From NCBI RefSeq assembly GCF_000737315.1, contig NZ_JMCB01000005.1, positions 144,001-268,000 on the forward strand: 124,000 bases of DNA, read 5' to 3'. The first letter of the stretch is position 1. Each line of letters starts with the position of its first letter. Shown in pieces: positions 18,203 to 29,031 of the stretch. Both the position numbers and the translations under genes were made by a program. The DNA is from Hyalangium minutum (GTDB lineage: Bacteria > Myxococcota > Myxococcia > Myxococcales > Myxococcaceae). The notes below the pieces were generated by a model, which worked only from the letters and a program-made list of their open reading frames with translations, made no database searches and had not been told where the DNA came from.

Positions 18203-20410
18203 ATGTCCCGCTACGCCTTTACGCTCTTTCTCAGCGCCTTCCTGCTCTTTGGGGTTCAGCCGCTGGTAGGCAAGTTCGCGCTGCCGTGGTTCGGTGGAAC
18301 TCCGGCGGTGTGGACGGCCTGCATGCTCTTCTTTCAGGCGGCACTGCTGGCGGGCTATGCGTACTCGCATGCGGTGGCTACGCGGCTGCGGCCCCGTTCC
18401 CAGGTGAAGGTGCACCTGGGGCTGCTGGGCCTCACGGCGCTGGTGCTCCTGGGGCGAGCGCTGTGGGCGGGTTCTCCGGTGGCGCCTGGGGCGGAGTGGC
18501 GGCCCACGGGAGTGGAGGGGCTCACCGGGCGGCTGCTGGCCATGCTGGCGGTGTCGATCGGCCTGCCATTCTTCGTGCTGTCCACCACGGCGCCCCTGCT
18601 GCAGAGCTGGTTCTCGCGGACGCGGCCGGGCGTCTCGCCGTACCGGCTCTATGCGCTGTCCAACGTGGGCTCGTTCCTGGCGTTGTTGAGCTACCCCTTC
18701 CTCGTGGAGCCCTATGTGCCGCGCGATGTGCAGGGCTGGGGCTGGGCAGCGGGGTTCGCGGTGTTCCTCGCGGGGGCCATCGTCTGTGCCCGGGAGGTGT
18801 GGACGCGGGCCGAGGCGGCCAGTCCGGTGGGAGCCACTTCCGAGCTCGTGCCCTCGCCCGAGGAGACGGAGCGGCCGGGGCTGGGACGCCAGTTGGCGTG
18901 GCTGGCGCTGAGTGCGTGCGCATCCGTGCTGCTGCTGGCGACGACGAACCAGCTCTCGCAGGATGTGGCGGCCGGCCCGTTCCTCTGGGTGATGCCGCTG
19001 GCGCTCTACCTGCTCACCTTTATCCTCACCTTCGAGCGCGAGGCGCTGTACCCGCGCGCGGCCTGCATTGTCCTGCTCATCATCAGTGTGGGGGGGGTTA
19101 TCCGCTCCATCTTCGAAGGCCCTCACTTTCCGCTGGCACTTCAGCTGTTTGCGCACGGTGGCGCGCTGCTGGCGGGATGCATGGTGTGCCACGGGGAGCT
19201 GTACCGGCTGCGGCCAGCGCCCCGTCACTTGAGCGCCTTCTACCTTTGGGTGTCGGTGGGCGGCGTGGCGGGGGGCGTCATCGTCAGCCTGCTGGCGCCG
19301 CGCTTCTTCGACACCTATGCGGAGTACCCACTGGCGCTGGCGGCCAGCGCGCTGGTGGCACTGGTGGTGTTGCTCCCGCGTCCGCCGGAGCTGCGGCGGC
19401 TGGAGCGAGTGGGGCGGAACCTGGCGGTGCTGGTGCTGGCGGCGGTAGTGGGAGGGCTGGTGGTGGCGGTAGCGGACAGCCGGCGCGAGGTGCGGCTGAC
19501 GGCGCGCAACTTCTTCGGGGTGGTGCAGGTGCTGGAGAGCGGGATGGGGGATGCGCGCCTGCACCATTATTCGCTCAAGCACGGCGTCATTACCCATGGG
19601 GTGCAATTCGTCGCACCGGAGCGCCGGAGGCTGGCCACCGCGTACTTCACGCCGGACAGCGGCCTGGGGCTGGCCATCGCCGAGCTCCGCCGCGTGCGCC
19701 AGGCCGAGGGCAAGCCGCCCGGGCTGCGCATCGGGGTGCTGGGGCTGGGAGTGGGCACCAGTGCCGCGCTCACGGAAGCGGGGGACACGGTTCGTTTCTA
19801 CGAGATCAACCCGAAGGTCATCGCCTTGGCGTGGGGGGAGGGTGGCTACTTCAGCTATCTCAAGGACACGCCTGCGAAGGTGGAGGTGGTGGAGGGCGAC
19901 GCGCGCATCTCGCTGGAGCAGGAGCTGGCGCGGGGAGAGGCGCAGTCCTTCGATTTGCTGGCGCTGGACGTGTTCAGCTCGGACTCGATTCCGATGCACC
20001 TGCTCACCGAGGAGGCGGTGGCGCTGTACCGTCAGCACCTGCTCCCTCAGGGAGTGCTGGCGCTGCACATCAGTAACGTGCATCTGGACCTGGTGCCGAT
20101 CGCGCTGGCGCACGCTCGGAAGTTCGGGATGCACGCCACGCTCATCGTCAACGAGACGAAGAGGGATGATGCGCTGCGGAGCCTGTGGATGATCCTCAGC
20201 CCAAGCCCGGAGTTTTCCTGGGGTTCCACTTTCACTCAGTCGAGCGGCACGGTTCACCGGCTGGAGCTGGCGGAGCCGACGCGGATCACCTGGACGGACG
20301 AGCTCAGCAGCGTACTCCCAGTGCTACGGCGCCCGCACAAGCTGGTGGAGACGCGGCTGATCGACAGCCCTCCGTCTGCTGCCTCCATGGGCCAGCCCGC
20401 CTCTCCCTGA
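18203..20410 (+). CDS. Fused membrane domain / spermidine synthase-like SAM-dependent protein
   Basis: Many TM helices; HGVITHG; GVLGLGVGT SAM motif; EGDAR; DVFSSDSIP. Confidence 0.8.
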   Translation: MSRYAFTLFLSAFLLFGVQPLVGKFALPWFGGTPAVWTACMLFFQAALLAGYAYSHAVATRLRPRSQVKVHLGLLGLTALVLLGRALWAGSPVAPGAEWRPTGVEGLTGRLLAMLAVSIGLPFFVLSTTAPLLQSWFSRTRPGVSPYRLYALSNVGSFLALLSYPFLVEPYVPRDVQGWGWAAGFAVFLAGAIVCAREVWTRAEAASPVGATSELVPSPEETERPGLGRQLAWLALSACASVLLLATTNQLSQDVAAGPFLWVMPLALYLLTFILTFEREALYPRAACIVLLIISVGGVIRSIFEGPHFPLALQLFAHGGALLAGCMVCHGELYRLRPAPRHLSAFYLWVSVGGVAGGVIVSLLAPRFFDTYAEYPLALAASALVALVVLLPRPPELRRLERVGRNLAVLVLAAVVGGLVVAVADSRREVRLTARNFFGVVQVLESGMGDARLHHYSLKHGVITHGVQFVAPERRRLATAYFTPDSGLGLAIAELRRVRQAEGKPPGLRIGVLGLGVGTSAALTEAGDTVRFYEINPKVIALAWGEGGYFSYLKDTPAKVEVVEGDARISLEQELARGEAQSFDLLALDVFSSDSIPMHLLTEEAVALYRQHLLPQGVLALHISNVHLDLVPIALAHARKFGMHATLIVNETKRDDALRSLWMILSPSPEFSWGSTFTQSSGTVHRLELAEPTRITWTDELSSVLPVLRRPHKLVETRLIDSPPSAASMGQPASP

Positions 20411-20491
20411 CACTTCAGTTTTCGACGGATGCGCCGGCCAGAGTGATCCAGGCAGGACTGAGCCCCGCCTCTGTGGGAAGCTGCCTGCACG

Positions 20492-22531
20492 ATGGTGGTC
20501 TCCCCCAAGCTTCGCGCGCGGCTCCGGGATGTGGTGCAGCAACTGCTGGTGGCGGTGCAACAGCTCCGGCTGCCAGGGCCCTCGGTGCTCCCCGTGGCCG
20601 GCGCGGTCGTCGGTGTCTACAGCGGCCTCGCCGCCGGCCTCTTCGCCAACCTCATCGGTCTCGTGCGCGGGGGGAGCTACGGCGTCCCGCTGCTCGTGGA
20701 TGCGTTCCGCACGGGCTCGGAGACCCAAGCCCGCCTCGCCGAGTCCCTCACCAACGCTCGCTGGCACTTCGAGTTCATCATCGTCGGCATCCCGCTGTCC
20801 CTCGGGGCCCTTGGCCTCGCGCGCCTCATCAAGCCCGGTGAAGGACGTGAGGAGGTGAAGCGTCGCCTCGAAGTCCTCGCCCTGCTCGTCATGGGCGCCC
20901 TGTCGCTCTATTACCCCCTCGTGGCCCTGTCCGCCGTGAACGAGGTGCTCGGCCACATTCACCGGGACGTGGAGCACATCTCTCCCTTCCTCGTGGTGCT
21001 CGTGCCCATGCTCGGCGGCATGGTGGTGGGCCGCCTGCTCCAGGCCCGGCCCGAGACCCACGGCCACGGCGTCCCCGAAGTCGTCAAAGCCGTGGAGAGC
21101 GAAGGCCGGCTCCCCGCGCGCAATGGCCTGCTCAAGCTCATCGCCTCGGCCGTCACCATCGGCACGGGCGGCTCGGCGGGGCGCGAAGGCCCCATCGTCT
21201 ACGGCGGCGCCGCGTTCGGCTCCGAAGTGGGCCGCACCCTCGGCTTCACCCGCCGCGAGCTCGCCATCCTCATGGCCAGTGGCGCGGGCGCGGGCATCGC
21301 CGCCTCCTTCAATGCCCCCGTGGCCGGCGCCATCTTCGCCATGGAGATCCTCCTGCGCGAGTTCCAGCTCCGCGTCTTCTCTCCCATCATCCTCGCCAGC
21401 GTCACCGCCACCATGGTGAGCCGCGGCATCATGGGCAGTGCGCCCATGCTCGAGCGCGTCGCGTACATGATGGTCAGTGGCTGGGAGGTCGTCTTCTACG
21501 CCCTGCTCGGGCTGGTGTGCGGAGGCCTCGCCTACGCCTTCATCCAGTGCCTGCACGGCGTGGAGGAGTTCTTCCAGGGCAAGCGCCCCGGCAAGGTGTC
21601 CGCCTGGCTCGGCCTGCAGCCCCTCCCGGTGCGAGCGGGAATCGGCGGCGCGCTGGTGGGGCTCATCGCGCTGGCCCACCCCGTGGTGTGGGGCACCGGC
21701 CACGAGTACGCCAACGACGCGCTCGTGCGTGGGCTGTCGCTGTCGCTGCTGGCCTCCGGGTGCGTGCTCAAGCTGGTGGGCACCTCGCTGACGCTGGGCT
21801 CGGGAGGCTCCGGCGGCACGTTCTTCCCCGTCACGGTCATTGGCGCCATGGCAGGGGGCGCCTTCGGAGAAATCCTCCACGCGGTGCTGCCGAACGCCAC
21901 CGCTCCCAGTGGCGCCTACGCCATGGTGGGCATGGGCGGCGCCGTGGCGGCCATGACGCGCGGGCCGCTCACCGGGATGATGATGGTGTACGAGCTGAGC
22001 GGTAACTACGCCATCATCCTGCCGCTCATGGTGACGTGCACGCTGGCCTCGGCGCTCTGCCACGTCCTCGTGGAGCGCAAGGCCGCGCGCGCCGGAGAGG
22101 AGCGGCTCGCCCTGCGGCGCACGCCGGTGCGAGAGCTCGCCATCTGGGAAGAGGCCGTGTCGTCGGAGCTCTCCGTGGAGGACCTGCGCGAGCGGTTGAT
22201 CTCGTCGAAGGCCGCGGCGCTTCCGGTTCGAGGCACGGACGGACGATTGCGAGGCGTCGTCGTCGCCGGTGCCCTGGGCGAGCGCTGGCGGCAGGCCGGA
22301 GAGGCCGCCACGGTGGAGTCCCTGCTGGACGGTGCCCCCGTGCTCCCTCAGGAGGCCCCCGTGTCCGAGGCCCTGGCCACCATGGATGCGCAGGGCGTGG
22401 AGGTGCTCGCGGTGGACGGCGGAGAGCAGGTGGGGGTCGTCACGCGCCTCGGGCTGGAGCGCTTCCTCCAGGCAGGCCACGGCAAAGCGCCCCCGCACGA
22501 GCTGCCGTTCGGCGTCACCGAGATGCGCTGA
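20492..22531 (+). CDS. ClC chloride channel family protein with CBS domains
   Basis: GHGVPEV, GSAGREGP, FNAPVAG and GGTFFP; C-terminal CBS-like pair. Confidence 0.9.
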   Translation: MVVSPKLRARLRDVVQQLLVAVQQLRLPGPSVLPVAGAVVGVYSGLAAGLFANLIGLVRGGSYGVPLLVDAFRTGSETQARLAESLTNARWHFEFIIVGIPLSLGALGLARLIKPGEGREEVKRRLEVLALLVMGALSLYYPLVALSAVNEVLGHIHRDVEHISPFLVVLVPMLGGMVVGRLLQARPETHGHGVPEVVKAVESEGRLPARNGLLKLIASAVTIGTGGSAGREGPIVYGGAAFGSEVGRTLGFTRRELAILMASGAGAGIAASFNAPVAGAIFAMEILLREFQLRVFSPIILASVTATMVSRGIMGSAPMLERVAYMMVSGWEVVFYALLGLVCGGLAYAFIQCLHGVEEFFQGKRPGKVSAWLGLQPLPVRAGIGGALVGLIALAHPVVWGTGHEYANDALVRGLSLSLLASGCVLKLVGTSLTLGSGGSGGTFFPVTVIGAMAGGAFGEILHAVLPNATAPSGAYAMVGMGGAVAAMTRGPLTGMMMVYELSGNYAIILPLMVTCTLASALCHVLVERKAARAGEERLALRRTPVRELAIWEEAVSSELSVEDLRERLISSKAAALPVRGTDGRLRGVVVAGALGERWRQAGEAATVESLLDGAPVLPQEAPVSEALATMDAQGVEVLAVDGGEQVGVVTRLGLERFLQAGHGKAPPHELPFGVTEMR

Positions 22532-22537
22532 GCGGAG

Positions 22538-23305
22538 TCAGGCACCTGGCGTCATCGGCACGAACTCGCCGGCGGGGCTCACATCGAGCACCACCAGCAG
22601 CGCGAGGACACCGCAGGGCACGGCCATGGCGGCCGGGCCGAAGCGGAAGAACAGCAGCGGCCCCGCGGTGCACCCGAAGAGAAAGGCCGTTGCGAGCCCC
22701 AGGTGCAGCCGGGTGCGAGCGAACTGCTCGGCGGTGGGCAGCCGGCGGAGCATCCACACCAGCCCTCCGAGCCCATGGCCGCGCGCCCCATCCCGCACCC
22801 ACGTCATCATCTTCACCAACTGGATGCCGATGTCGGTGATGACGCCCGTCATGTGCGTGGTGCGCACCACCGCGCCGGACACGCGGGTGACGAGCGCGTT
22901 CTGAAGGCCCATGGCGTAGGCCATGCCCCAGAACACGGTGGGCTCTCGGGAGTCCGGGTGCCTCGAGGACCAGAAGCCCACGGAGGCCAGCGTGAGCGCC
23001 TCCACCAGGAGCGCCGTAGCATGCCGCCCTCGCCGCCGGTGACGCGCCAAGTCAATGAGCACCGTGGCGCTCATGGCCCCCAGCAGGAAGGCCAGCACGA
23101 GCTGGCCCGCGCCGATCGCCGTGCTCCACCGCCCGGTAGCGAGGTACTCGCCCACATTGGCCAGGTTGCCCGTCATGTGGGACGTGTGCGTGCCCACGGC
23201 GAAGAAGCTGATCGCATTCACCGAGCCCGCCACCCCCGCAAGTAGCAGAGCCAGCAGGGAGTAGGCGCGACGGCTCGCGGGCGAAGTTTCAGCGGAGAAG
23301 GGCAT
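22538..23305 (-). CDS. YoaK / DUF1275 family membrane protein
   Basis: TSHMTGN, AMGLQNA and RTTHMTG motifs. Confidence 0.85.
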   Translation of the reverse strand: MPFSAETSPASRRAYSLLALLLAGVAGSVNAISFFAVGTHTSHMTGNLANVGEYLATGRWSTAIGAGQLVLAFLLGAMSATVLIDLARHRRRGRHATALLVEALTLASVGFWSSRHPDSREPTVFWGMAYAMGLQNALVTRVSGAVVRTTHMTGVITDIGIQLVKMMTWVRDGARGHGLGGLVWMLRRLPTAEQFARTRLHLGLATAFLFGCTAGPLLFFRFGPAAMAVPCGVLALLVVLDVSPAGEFVPMTPGA

Positions 23306-23509
23306 GGGAGGCAGTGTCTGGAAGCAGGCAGATGCTAACACCGCGATCTTCGGGGGTTCAGGGAGGTGTCCTCTCGGGTACCTGGCGGGTGGGCAGATAG
23401 GCGAGGTGTGGCTTCGCCGCCTTCTGGCAGGGAACCAGGGGCTTGGGGCTCCTTGTTGCTGGTCAAAATACTGAGCCTGGAGTGGAGTAGGCAGGCAGGA
23501 GGCAGGTGG

Positions 23510-24358
23510 ATGCGGAGGTTGGCGCAAGCATGGGTGTGGCTGGTGGTGGCGGCCGCCATGGGGCTTGCGCTGTATGGGCGTGCGTCTTCGCGTGCCGTGC
23601 CCCAGGTGGCGGTGAATGAGTCGCCCAGAGCCGAGTCCGCGAGCGACACACCAGGCGAGCTGACGTGGGGCTCGCCTGAAGAGCTGCGAACGCTGCCCGT
23701 GACCGAGGCCGCCAGCGAGGGGGACGGGCTGCTGGAGCTGCGTGTGATGGCGGGAGGCCGCCCGGTTCCTCGAGCCCAGGTGCGGCTGTACCGGCGCGAG
23801 GGCCTCAGCCGGGAGACAGGCAAGATGGACTGGCGGATCGCGGCCTCGGGCGCCACGGGGAATGACGGGAAGCTGTTGATGCCGGCGCGCGCGGGCTCCT
23901 ATCTCCTGGTGGCGCGGGCGAACGGCTTCGCGCCGGCCCGGCTCAACCTGATGCACCCGCTGGGAGGACCCCGGACGCCGGCGATCCTCCGCATGGAGGA
24001 GGCCAGCACCTTCTGGGGCACAACGGTGCTGCAGGGCTCGGGGAGGGCGCTGCCGGGCGCGGAGCTGACGTTCACGCCGGACGTGCGCCCCTGGGAGCAG
24101 GGCATGCACGCGGCCGCACCGGCCGAGGAGCGGGTGACGGTGACGAGCGACGCCTCAGGCCGCTTCCGCGTGGAGGGACTCGCGCCCGGGCTCTACCTGG
24201 TGGAGGGCCTGGCACCAGGGAGCACCACGCCGGTGGAGTGGACCCTCTGGCTGCCCTCGTCGGAGCCGCGGGTGCTGGCGCTGACCACGCCGGGCACGGC
24301 GGTGCGCAAGAGAATCGTCAAGCGGGCTCCCTCGTCGGAGCTCCGCTGCGGCGACTGA
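23510..24358 (+). CDS. Carboxypeptidase-regulatory-like (beta-sandwich) domain protein
   Basis: N-terminal anchor; GRPVPRAQVRL and TSDASGRFRVEGLAPGLYLV. Confidence 0.65.
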   Translation: MRRLAQAWVWLVVAAAMGLALYGRASSRAVPQVAVNESPRAESASDTPGELTWGSPEELRTLPVTEAASEGDGLLELRVMAGGRPVPRAQVRLYRREGLSRETGKMDWRIAASGATGNDGKLLMPARAGSYLLVARANGFAPARLNLMHPLGGPRTPAILRMEEASTFWGTTVLQGSGRALPGAELTFTPDVRPWEQGMHAAAPAEERVTVTSDASGRFRVEGLAPGLYLVEGLAPGSTTPVEWTLWLPSSEPRVLALTTPGTAVRKRIVKRAPSSELRCGD

Positions 24359-24371
24359 AGCGGGTGGCTGC

Positions 24372-24716
24372 TTACCCCGGCGGCCACCCCATGGGCCGGC
24401 CCGCGATCAGGTGCAGGTGGATGTGGAACACCGTCTGGCCGGCGTCGTCGTTGCAGTTCATGACGAGCCGGTAGCCCTTCTCCGAGTGGCCGCGCGCCTT
24501 CGCCACCTGAGCCGCCGCCGTGTACAGGTGCCCCACCGCCTCACGGTCCTCCTGGGCGATGTCGTTCACCGTGGGGATGTGCTTGAGCGGAATGAAGACC
24601 ACGTGCGTAGGCGCCTGGGGATTGATGTCCTCGAACGCCATGCACACGTCGTCCCGGTGGACGACCCGGGCGGGGATCAGACCATCGCGAATCTTGCAGA
24701 AGAGGCAGTTGGACAT
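24372..24716 (-). CDS. HIT family nucleotide-binding protein
   Basis: CLFCKI, DINPQAPTH and GQTVFHIHLH histidine triad. Confidence 0.9.
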   Translation of the reverse strand: MSNCLFCKIRDGLIPARVVHRDDVCMAFEDINPQAPTHVVFIPLKHIPTVNDIAQEDREAVGHLYTAAAQVAKARGHSEKGYRLVMNCNDDAGQTVFHIHLHLIAGRPMGWPPG

Positions 24717-24776
24717 GGCCTCGGCTTAGCAATCCCGGGCCCGGCTGGGAACGGTCTCGCGGGCCGAAGCGTTGGC

Positions 24777-26258
24777 CTACGGCAGCCGCCAGCTGTAGCC
24801 CGGGTCCGGCACACAGCCTGGGTTCGGCAGGCGCATCAGCCGGTAGTCCTGGTCCTGGGCCACCACCTCGCCCCCCACGCTCCACTGCGGCAGGGTGATG
24901 ACGTAGTTGAACAGGCCCGAGCCCCGGTCCGGGCCTATCTGCCAGTACAGCGGCACGAGGCGGTGGAAGTAGCTGTAGCCGCCCGTCCAAGCCATGTGCA
25001 CGGGGCTCTCCATCTTGAGCCCGCAGACGTCCTCGCGCTGGCCCGCCACGATCAGCAGCCGGTTGATGGGCCCCGAGTCGTCATACGCGCTGACCTGCGG
25101 GCGCTCGTTCACGTACTGGCCAATCTCCCCAAAGGTGAGTCGCCGCGAGAGCCCTGCCGAGACTGCCGCCACCGCCACCACCCCCAATGCTCCACCCACG
25201 CGCAGGGGCATCCTCCGGAGCCGTGACAGAACGACCTCCAGCCCCACGGCTGCGAGCGCGGCGAGCAGGGGCAGCAGCGGCACGAGGAAGCGCAGCTCCT
25301 TGTGTGGCTGGGAGGCGTGCAGCAGGAAGAAAGCGAGGATGAGCGCCGCGAGCCCTCGGGCGCGCCACAGCGCGAGCAGGCCGAGCACCCCCACCAGCGC
25401 GGAGATGCCGGGCATCGAGTTGCGCAGCGTCCGGGTGTAGTAGCTGAAGGGCGCCACGCCCCAGTGCTTGCCGCCCTCGTTGATGAGGTTGAACTCCAGG
25501 TACACGCGGGCCGAGTGGAACCAACTGCCCCACGTGAGCTTGTCCAGCAGCCCGAAGAGCCCCGCCCACACAGCGAGCACCCCGAGCGCGAGCCCCGCCG
25601 CCCGCCACTGCCTCCGAGCCGCGAGCAGGGCCACGAGCCCCGCGCAGAACACGGCGCTCTGCAGCCGCAGCAGCACGGCCAGCCCCAGCAGTGAGGCTCC
25701 CACCACCAGCGCCCGCCGCGATGCTCCCGGCGCCAGCGCCAACGCCAGCCCCAGCACCACCGGCAGGGCCGCGGCATTCTCGCTCATGGCCCGAGGCGCG
25801 AAGTACACGGGCACCGAGGCCCATGCCATCAACGAGGCCCCCGCGGTGGCGGCGAGCGGCCCGACCCCCTGAGAGCGGGCGAGCCGGTAGCTCCCCCAGG
25901 CGGTGGCGGTGCCCATCAGCGCGAAGGCCCCCTTCACCACGCCCAGGTAGCCGCTGGGCGAGTCCAGCCCCAGCCCCCTCGCCAGCCACATGAGCCCGGC
26001 CACCAGCCCAGGGAGCGCCCAGGTGCGCGCCCCCTCGATGAACTCCCAGGGCAGCATCCCGTAGCCGAAGACGAGCCGGTGAGCGGGCTCCAGGCTCTGG
26101 TAAATCTCATCCGGCCAGTACAGCCCGTCGTCCGTCAGGGCCAGCCACACCCGGAGTGTCGCACCCACAGCGAGCACCAAACCCAGGAGAACTCCCGCCA
26201 GACGGCGCTCGGAGGCAGGGGGCTCAGGGGTGGGCAGGGTGGGAGACACGTCGACCAA
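24777..26258 (-). CDS. Alg9/PIG-B-like (GT22) membrane mannosyltransferase
   Basis: WPDEIYQSLEPAHRLVFGYG, WEF, HKELRF; multi-TM. Confidence 0.75.
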   Translation of the reverse strand: MVDVSPTLPTPEPPASERRLAGVLLGLVLAVGATLRVWLALTDDGLYWPDEIYQSLEPAHRLVFGYGMLPWEFIEGARTWALPGLVAGLMWLARGLGLDSPSGYLGVVKGAFALMGTATAWGSYRLARSQGVGPLAATAGASLMAWASVPVYFAPRAMSENAAALPVVLGLALALAPGASRRALVVGASLLGLAVLLRLQSAVFCAGLVALLAARRQWRAAGLALGVLAVWAGLFGLLDKLTWGSWFHSARVYLEFNLINEGGKHWGVAPFSYYTRTLRNSMPGISALVGVLGLLALWRARGLAALILAFFLLHASQPHKELRFLVPLLPLLAALAAVGLEVVLSRLRRMPLRVGGALGVVAVAAVSAGLSRRLTFGEIGQYVNERPQVSAYDDSGPINRLLIVAGQREDVCGLKMESPVHMAWTGGYSYFHRLVPLYWQIGPDRGSGLFNYVITLPQWSVGGEVVAQDQDYRLMRLPNPGCVPDPGYSWRLP

Positions 26259-26299
26259 TCATCGCAAACCGGCCGCCGAGTGATATCCACTTCCTGACG

Positions 26300-27274
26300 A
26301 TGAGCACAACTCGCTCCATTCGCATCTCTGCCCTCCTCGAGGACCGGGACTACGACCTCCAGCTCACCCTGGTCGCTGGTGAGAAGGGGCTGACCCGGAC
26401 CCTCAACTCCCCGCGCATCCAGAAGCCCGGGCTGGCGCTGACCGGCTTCACCGAGCACTTGCACCCGCACCGGGTCCAGGTGTTCGGCAACACGGAGATC
26501 TCCTACCTGCGCACGCTCTCCGAGGAGAAGCAGCGCGAGGTGCTCACCCGCCTCTTCAAGGAGGACCTGGCCTGCGTGGTGGTCACCAAGAGCCTGGAAC
26601 TGCCACCGGTGCTCATCGAGACCTGCGAGGAGTCCAGCCTGGCGCTGATGAAGACGCCGCTGCTCTCCAGCACCTTCATCCAGCAGGTGCAGGCCTTCCT
26701 GGAGGAGGCGCTCACGGAGACCAGCAGCATCCACGGGGTGCTGATGGACGTGTTCGGCGTGGGCATCCTGCTGCTGGGCAAGAGCGGCATCGGTAAGAGC
26801 GAGATCGCCCTGGACCTGGTGATGCGCGGGCAGCGGCTGGTGGCCGACGACATCGTCGACGTGGCGCGCCGCAAGCCGGGCGCCGTCTACGGGGCGGGCA
26901 ACCCGGTCATCAAGCACCACATGGAAATCCGGGGCTTGGGCATCATCAACATCAAGGACTTGTTCGGCGTGTCGGCCGTGCGCGAGCAGAAGAAGATCGA
27001 GCTCGTGATGGAGCTGCAGGAGTGGGACCCCGACCAGGAATACGACCGGCTGGGGGTGGAAGATCGCTTCCTGGACATCATCGGGGTGCAAGTCCCCCTG
27101 TCGGTGGTGCCGGTTCGTCCAGGCCGTAACATGGCGACCATTGTCGAAGTGGCCGCGCGCAACCACTTGCTCAAACTTCAGGGCCACCATTCGGCGCGCG
27201 AGTTCGCGGAGAAGCTCAACCGTGCTATTGCCGAGGGAGCGATGCGTCGTACGTTGGGAGAAGAGGTCGAGTGA
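26300..27274 (+). CDS. hprK: HPr(Ser) kinase/phosphatase
   Basis: [31 protein letters not shown] and PVRPGRN. Confidence 0.95.
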   Translation: MSTTRSIRISALLEDRDYDLQLTLVAGEKGLTRTLNSPRIQKPGLALTGFTEHLHPHRVQVFGNTEISYLRTLSEEKQREVLTRLFKEDLACVVVTKSLELPPVLIETCEESSLALMKTPLLSSTFIQQVQAFLEEALTETSSIHGVLMDVFGVGILLLGKSGIGKSEIALDLVMRGQRLVADDIVDVARRKPGAVYGAGNPVIKHHMEIRGLGIINIKDLFGVSAVREQKKIELVMELQEWDPDQEYDRLGVEDRFLDIIGVQVPLSVVPVRPGRNMATIVEVAARNHLLKLQGHHSAREFAEKLNRAIAEGAMRRTLGEEVE

Positions 27275-28134
27275 GCGCGCCCGCCAAGCACATCGTCATC
27301 ATCACCGGCATGTCCGGCTCCGGTAAGTCCACGGCCATCCGTGCGCTGGAGGATGCTGGCTTCTTTTGCATCGACAACCTGCCCGTGTTGTTGCTGCCCA
27401 AACTGACGGAGCTGGCCGGCAGTGGGCAGATCGAGCGCATGGCGCTCGTCGTGGACGTGCGCGAGGGCATCTTCCTCAAGGAGGCCCCCCGCGTGCTGGA
27501 CGAGGTCCGCCGCGCCGGGCACCAGGTGGAAGTCTTGTTCCTGGACTCCAGCGACGACAGCCTCATCCGCCGCTTCAGCGAGACGCGCCGCCGCCACCCA
27601 CTGGCCCCCACGGGCACGGTGGCCGACGGCATCAAGGCCGAGCGCGAGGAGCTGCGCGACTTGCGCGAGCTGGCCGACCAGGTCATCGACTCGTCCGCGC
27701 TGAACGTGCACGACTTGAAGCGGATGGTGCAGGCGCGCTTCAGCCCGGAGCCGGCGGCGGGGCCCTCGCTGTCGGTGATGTCGTTCGGCTACCGGCACGG
27801 GGTGCCGCCGCAAGCGGACCTGGTGCTGGACGTGCGCTTCCTGCCCAACCCGTACTTCGTGCCCGAGCTGAAGGGGCTCACGGGGAAGAACCCCAAGGTG
27901 TCCGCGTACGTGCTGGACCGCGAGGAGACGCAGCAGTTCCTCTCCAAGGTGGTGGACCTGTGCCGCTTCCTGTTCCCTCGCTACCAGAAGGAGGGCAAGG
28001 CGTACCTCACGGTGGCGCTGGGCTGCACCGGCGGCAAGCACCGCTCGGTGGCCATCGCGGCCGAGCTGACGCGGCAGCTCCAGCCGGAGATTCCACGCAT
28101 CCAGCTCTGGGACCGCGACATCGAGAAGGAGTAG
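27271..28134 (+). CDS. rapZ: RNase adapter RapZ (YvcJ family)
   Basis: [31 protein letters not shown] and [10 protein letters not shown]. Confidence 0.95.
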   Translation: MSAPAKHIVIITGMSGSGKSTAIRALEDAGFFCIDNLPVLLLPKLTELAGSGQIERMALVVDVREGIFLKEAPRVLDEVRRAGHQVEVLFLDSSDDSLIRRFSETRRRHPLAPTGTVADGIKAEREELRDLRELADQVIDSSALNVHDLKRMVQARFSPEPAAGPSLSVMSFGYRHGVPPQADLVLDVRFLPNPYFVPELKGLTGKNPKVSAYVLDREETQQFLSKVVDLCRFLFPRYQKEGKAYLTVALGCTGGKHRSVAIAAELTRQLQPEIPRIQLWDRDIEKE

Positions 28135-28137
28135 CGC

Positions 28138-28788
28138 TCAGCGCCGCCCCACCTCCCACCAGCCGAAGTACATGGTCCGCTGCTCCATGAGGTGCACCCA
28201 GCCGGGCGCGTGGGTGTAGCGGTAGGGCAGCAGCCCCGCGGTGGTGAGCGCCGAGGCCGTCTCCTCGAACGAGGGGAACGTTACCCACACCGCCGGCCCC
28301 GCCGTCTTCACCTGGCGCCGGTGGATCTCGTGCCCGTCCAGCCCCTGGCGGCGCTCCAGCACGGTGAAGAGCATCCGTCCCTCGGGCTTCAGCGCGCTCC
28401 CGAAGTGGTGCAGCACCTGCCGCAGGTCATCGCAGAAGTCCAGGCAGCCCACCGCCAGCACCACGTCGAAGTGCCCCAGCTCCGAGGGGATGGGCTGGTG
28501 GTAGCTGTGCTCCTGCCACGTGCCCGAGGGGCGCCCCTTGCGCGCCAACTCGATCATCTCCGGCGCCAGGTCCAGCCCCACCACCTCCACGGACGCGTCC
28601 AACCCCCGGGTCAGCAGGCCCGTGCCGCAGCCCACGTCCAACACCCGGCAGCCCGGCTTCACCGCCTCCGCCAGGAAGCGCTCCACCCGGTCCTCGTAGC
28701 GGTGCAGCGACGGGAAGAGCACCTCGTACGCGAGAGCAATCTCTCCATATACCTGCCGGACGTGGTTCTCGTTGCTCTCAGAGGCCAT
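28138..28788 (-). CDS. Class I SAM-dependent methyltransferase
   Basis: VLDVGCGTG, GLDLAPEM. Confidence 0.85.
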   Translation of the reverse strand: MASESNENHVRQVYGEIALAYEVLFPSLHRYEDRVERFLAEAVKPGCRVLDVGCGTGLLTRGLDASVEVVGLDLAPEMIELARKGRPSGTWQEHSYHQPIPSELGHFDVVLAVGCLDFCDDLRQVLHHFGSALKPEGRMLFTVLERRQGLDGHEIHRRQVKTAGPAVWVTFPSFEETASALTTAGLLPYRYTHAPGWVHLMEQRTMYFGWWEVGRR

Positions 28789-29031
28789 GGCGGCCCGCAC
28801 CTTAGTGCGGATGAATTCCCTGGGAAGAGGGGGAGAACTCGCACTTCCTGATTCCCTTGATTGCCTCCGTCCACACTACGCACTAAGTTGGCCCCGCCGG
28901 GGTCTGTTCCTCTGGATTCGTGGGGATAGCGGGTCTCGGCATGGGGTAGGAGGCACTCCTACAGGACCGAAAGGTGCCTACCTGGTGCATTGGCTGAGCG
29001 GTATGAAGGACGTTGGGACCATGGAGGGATG

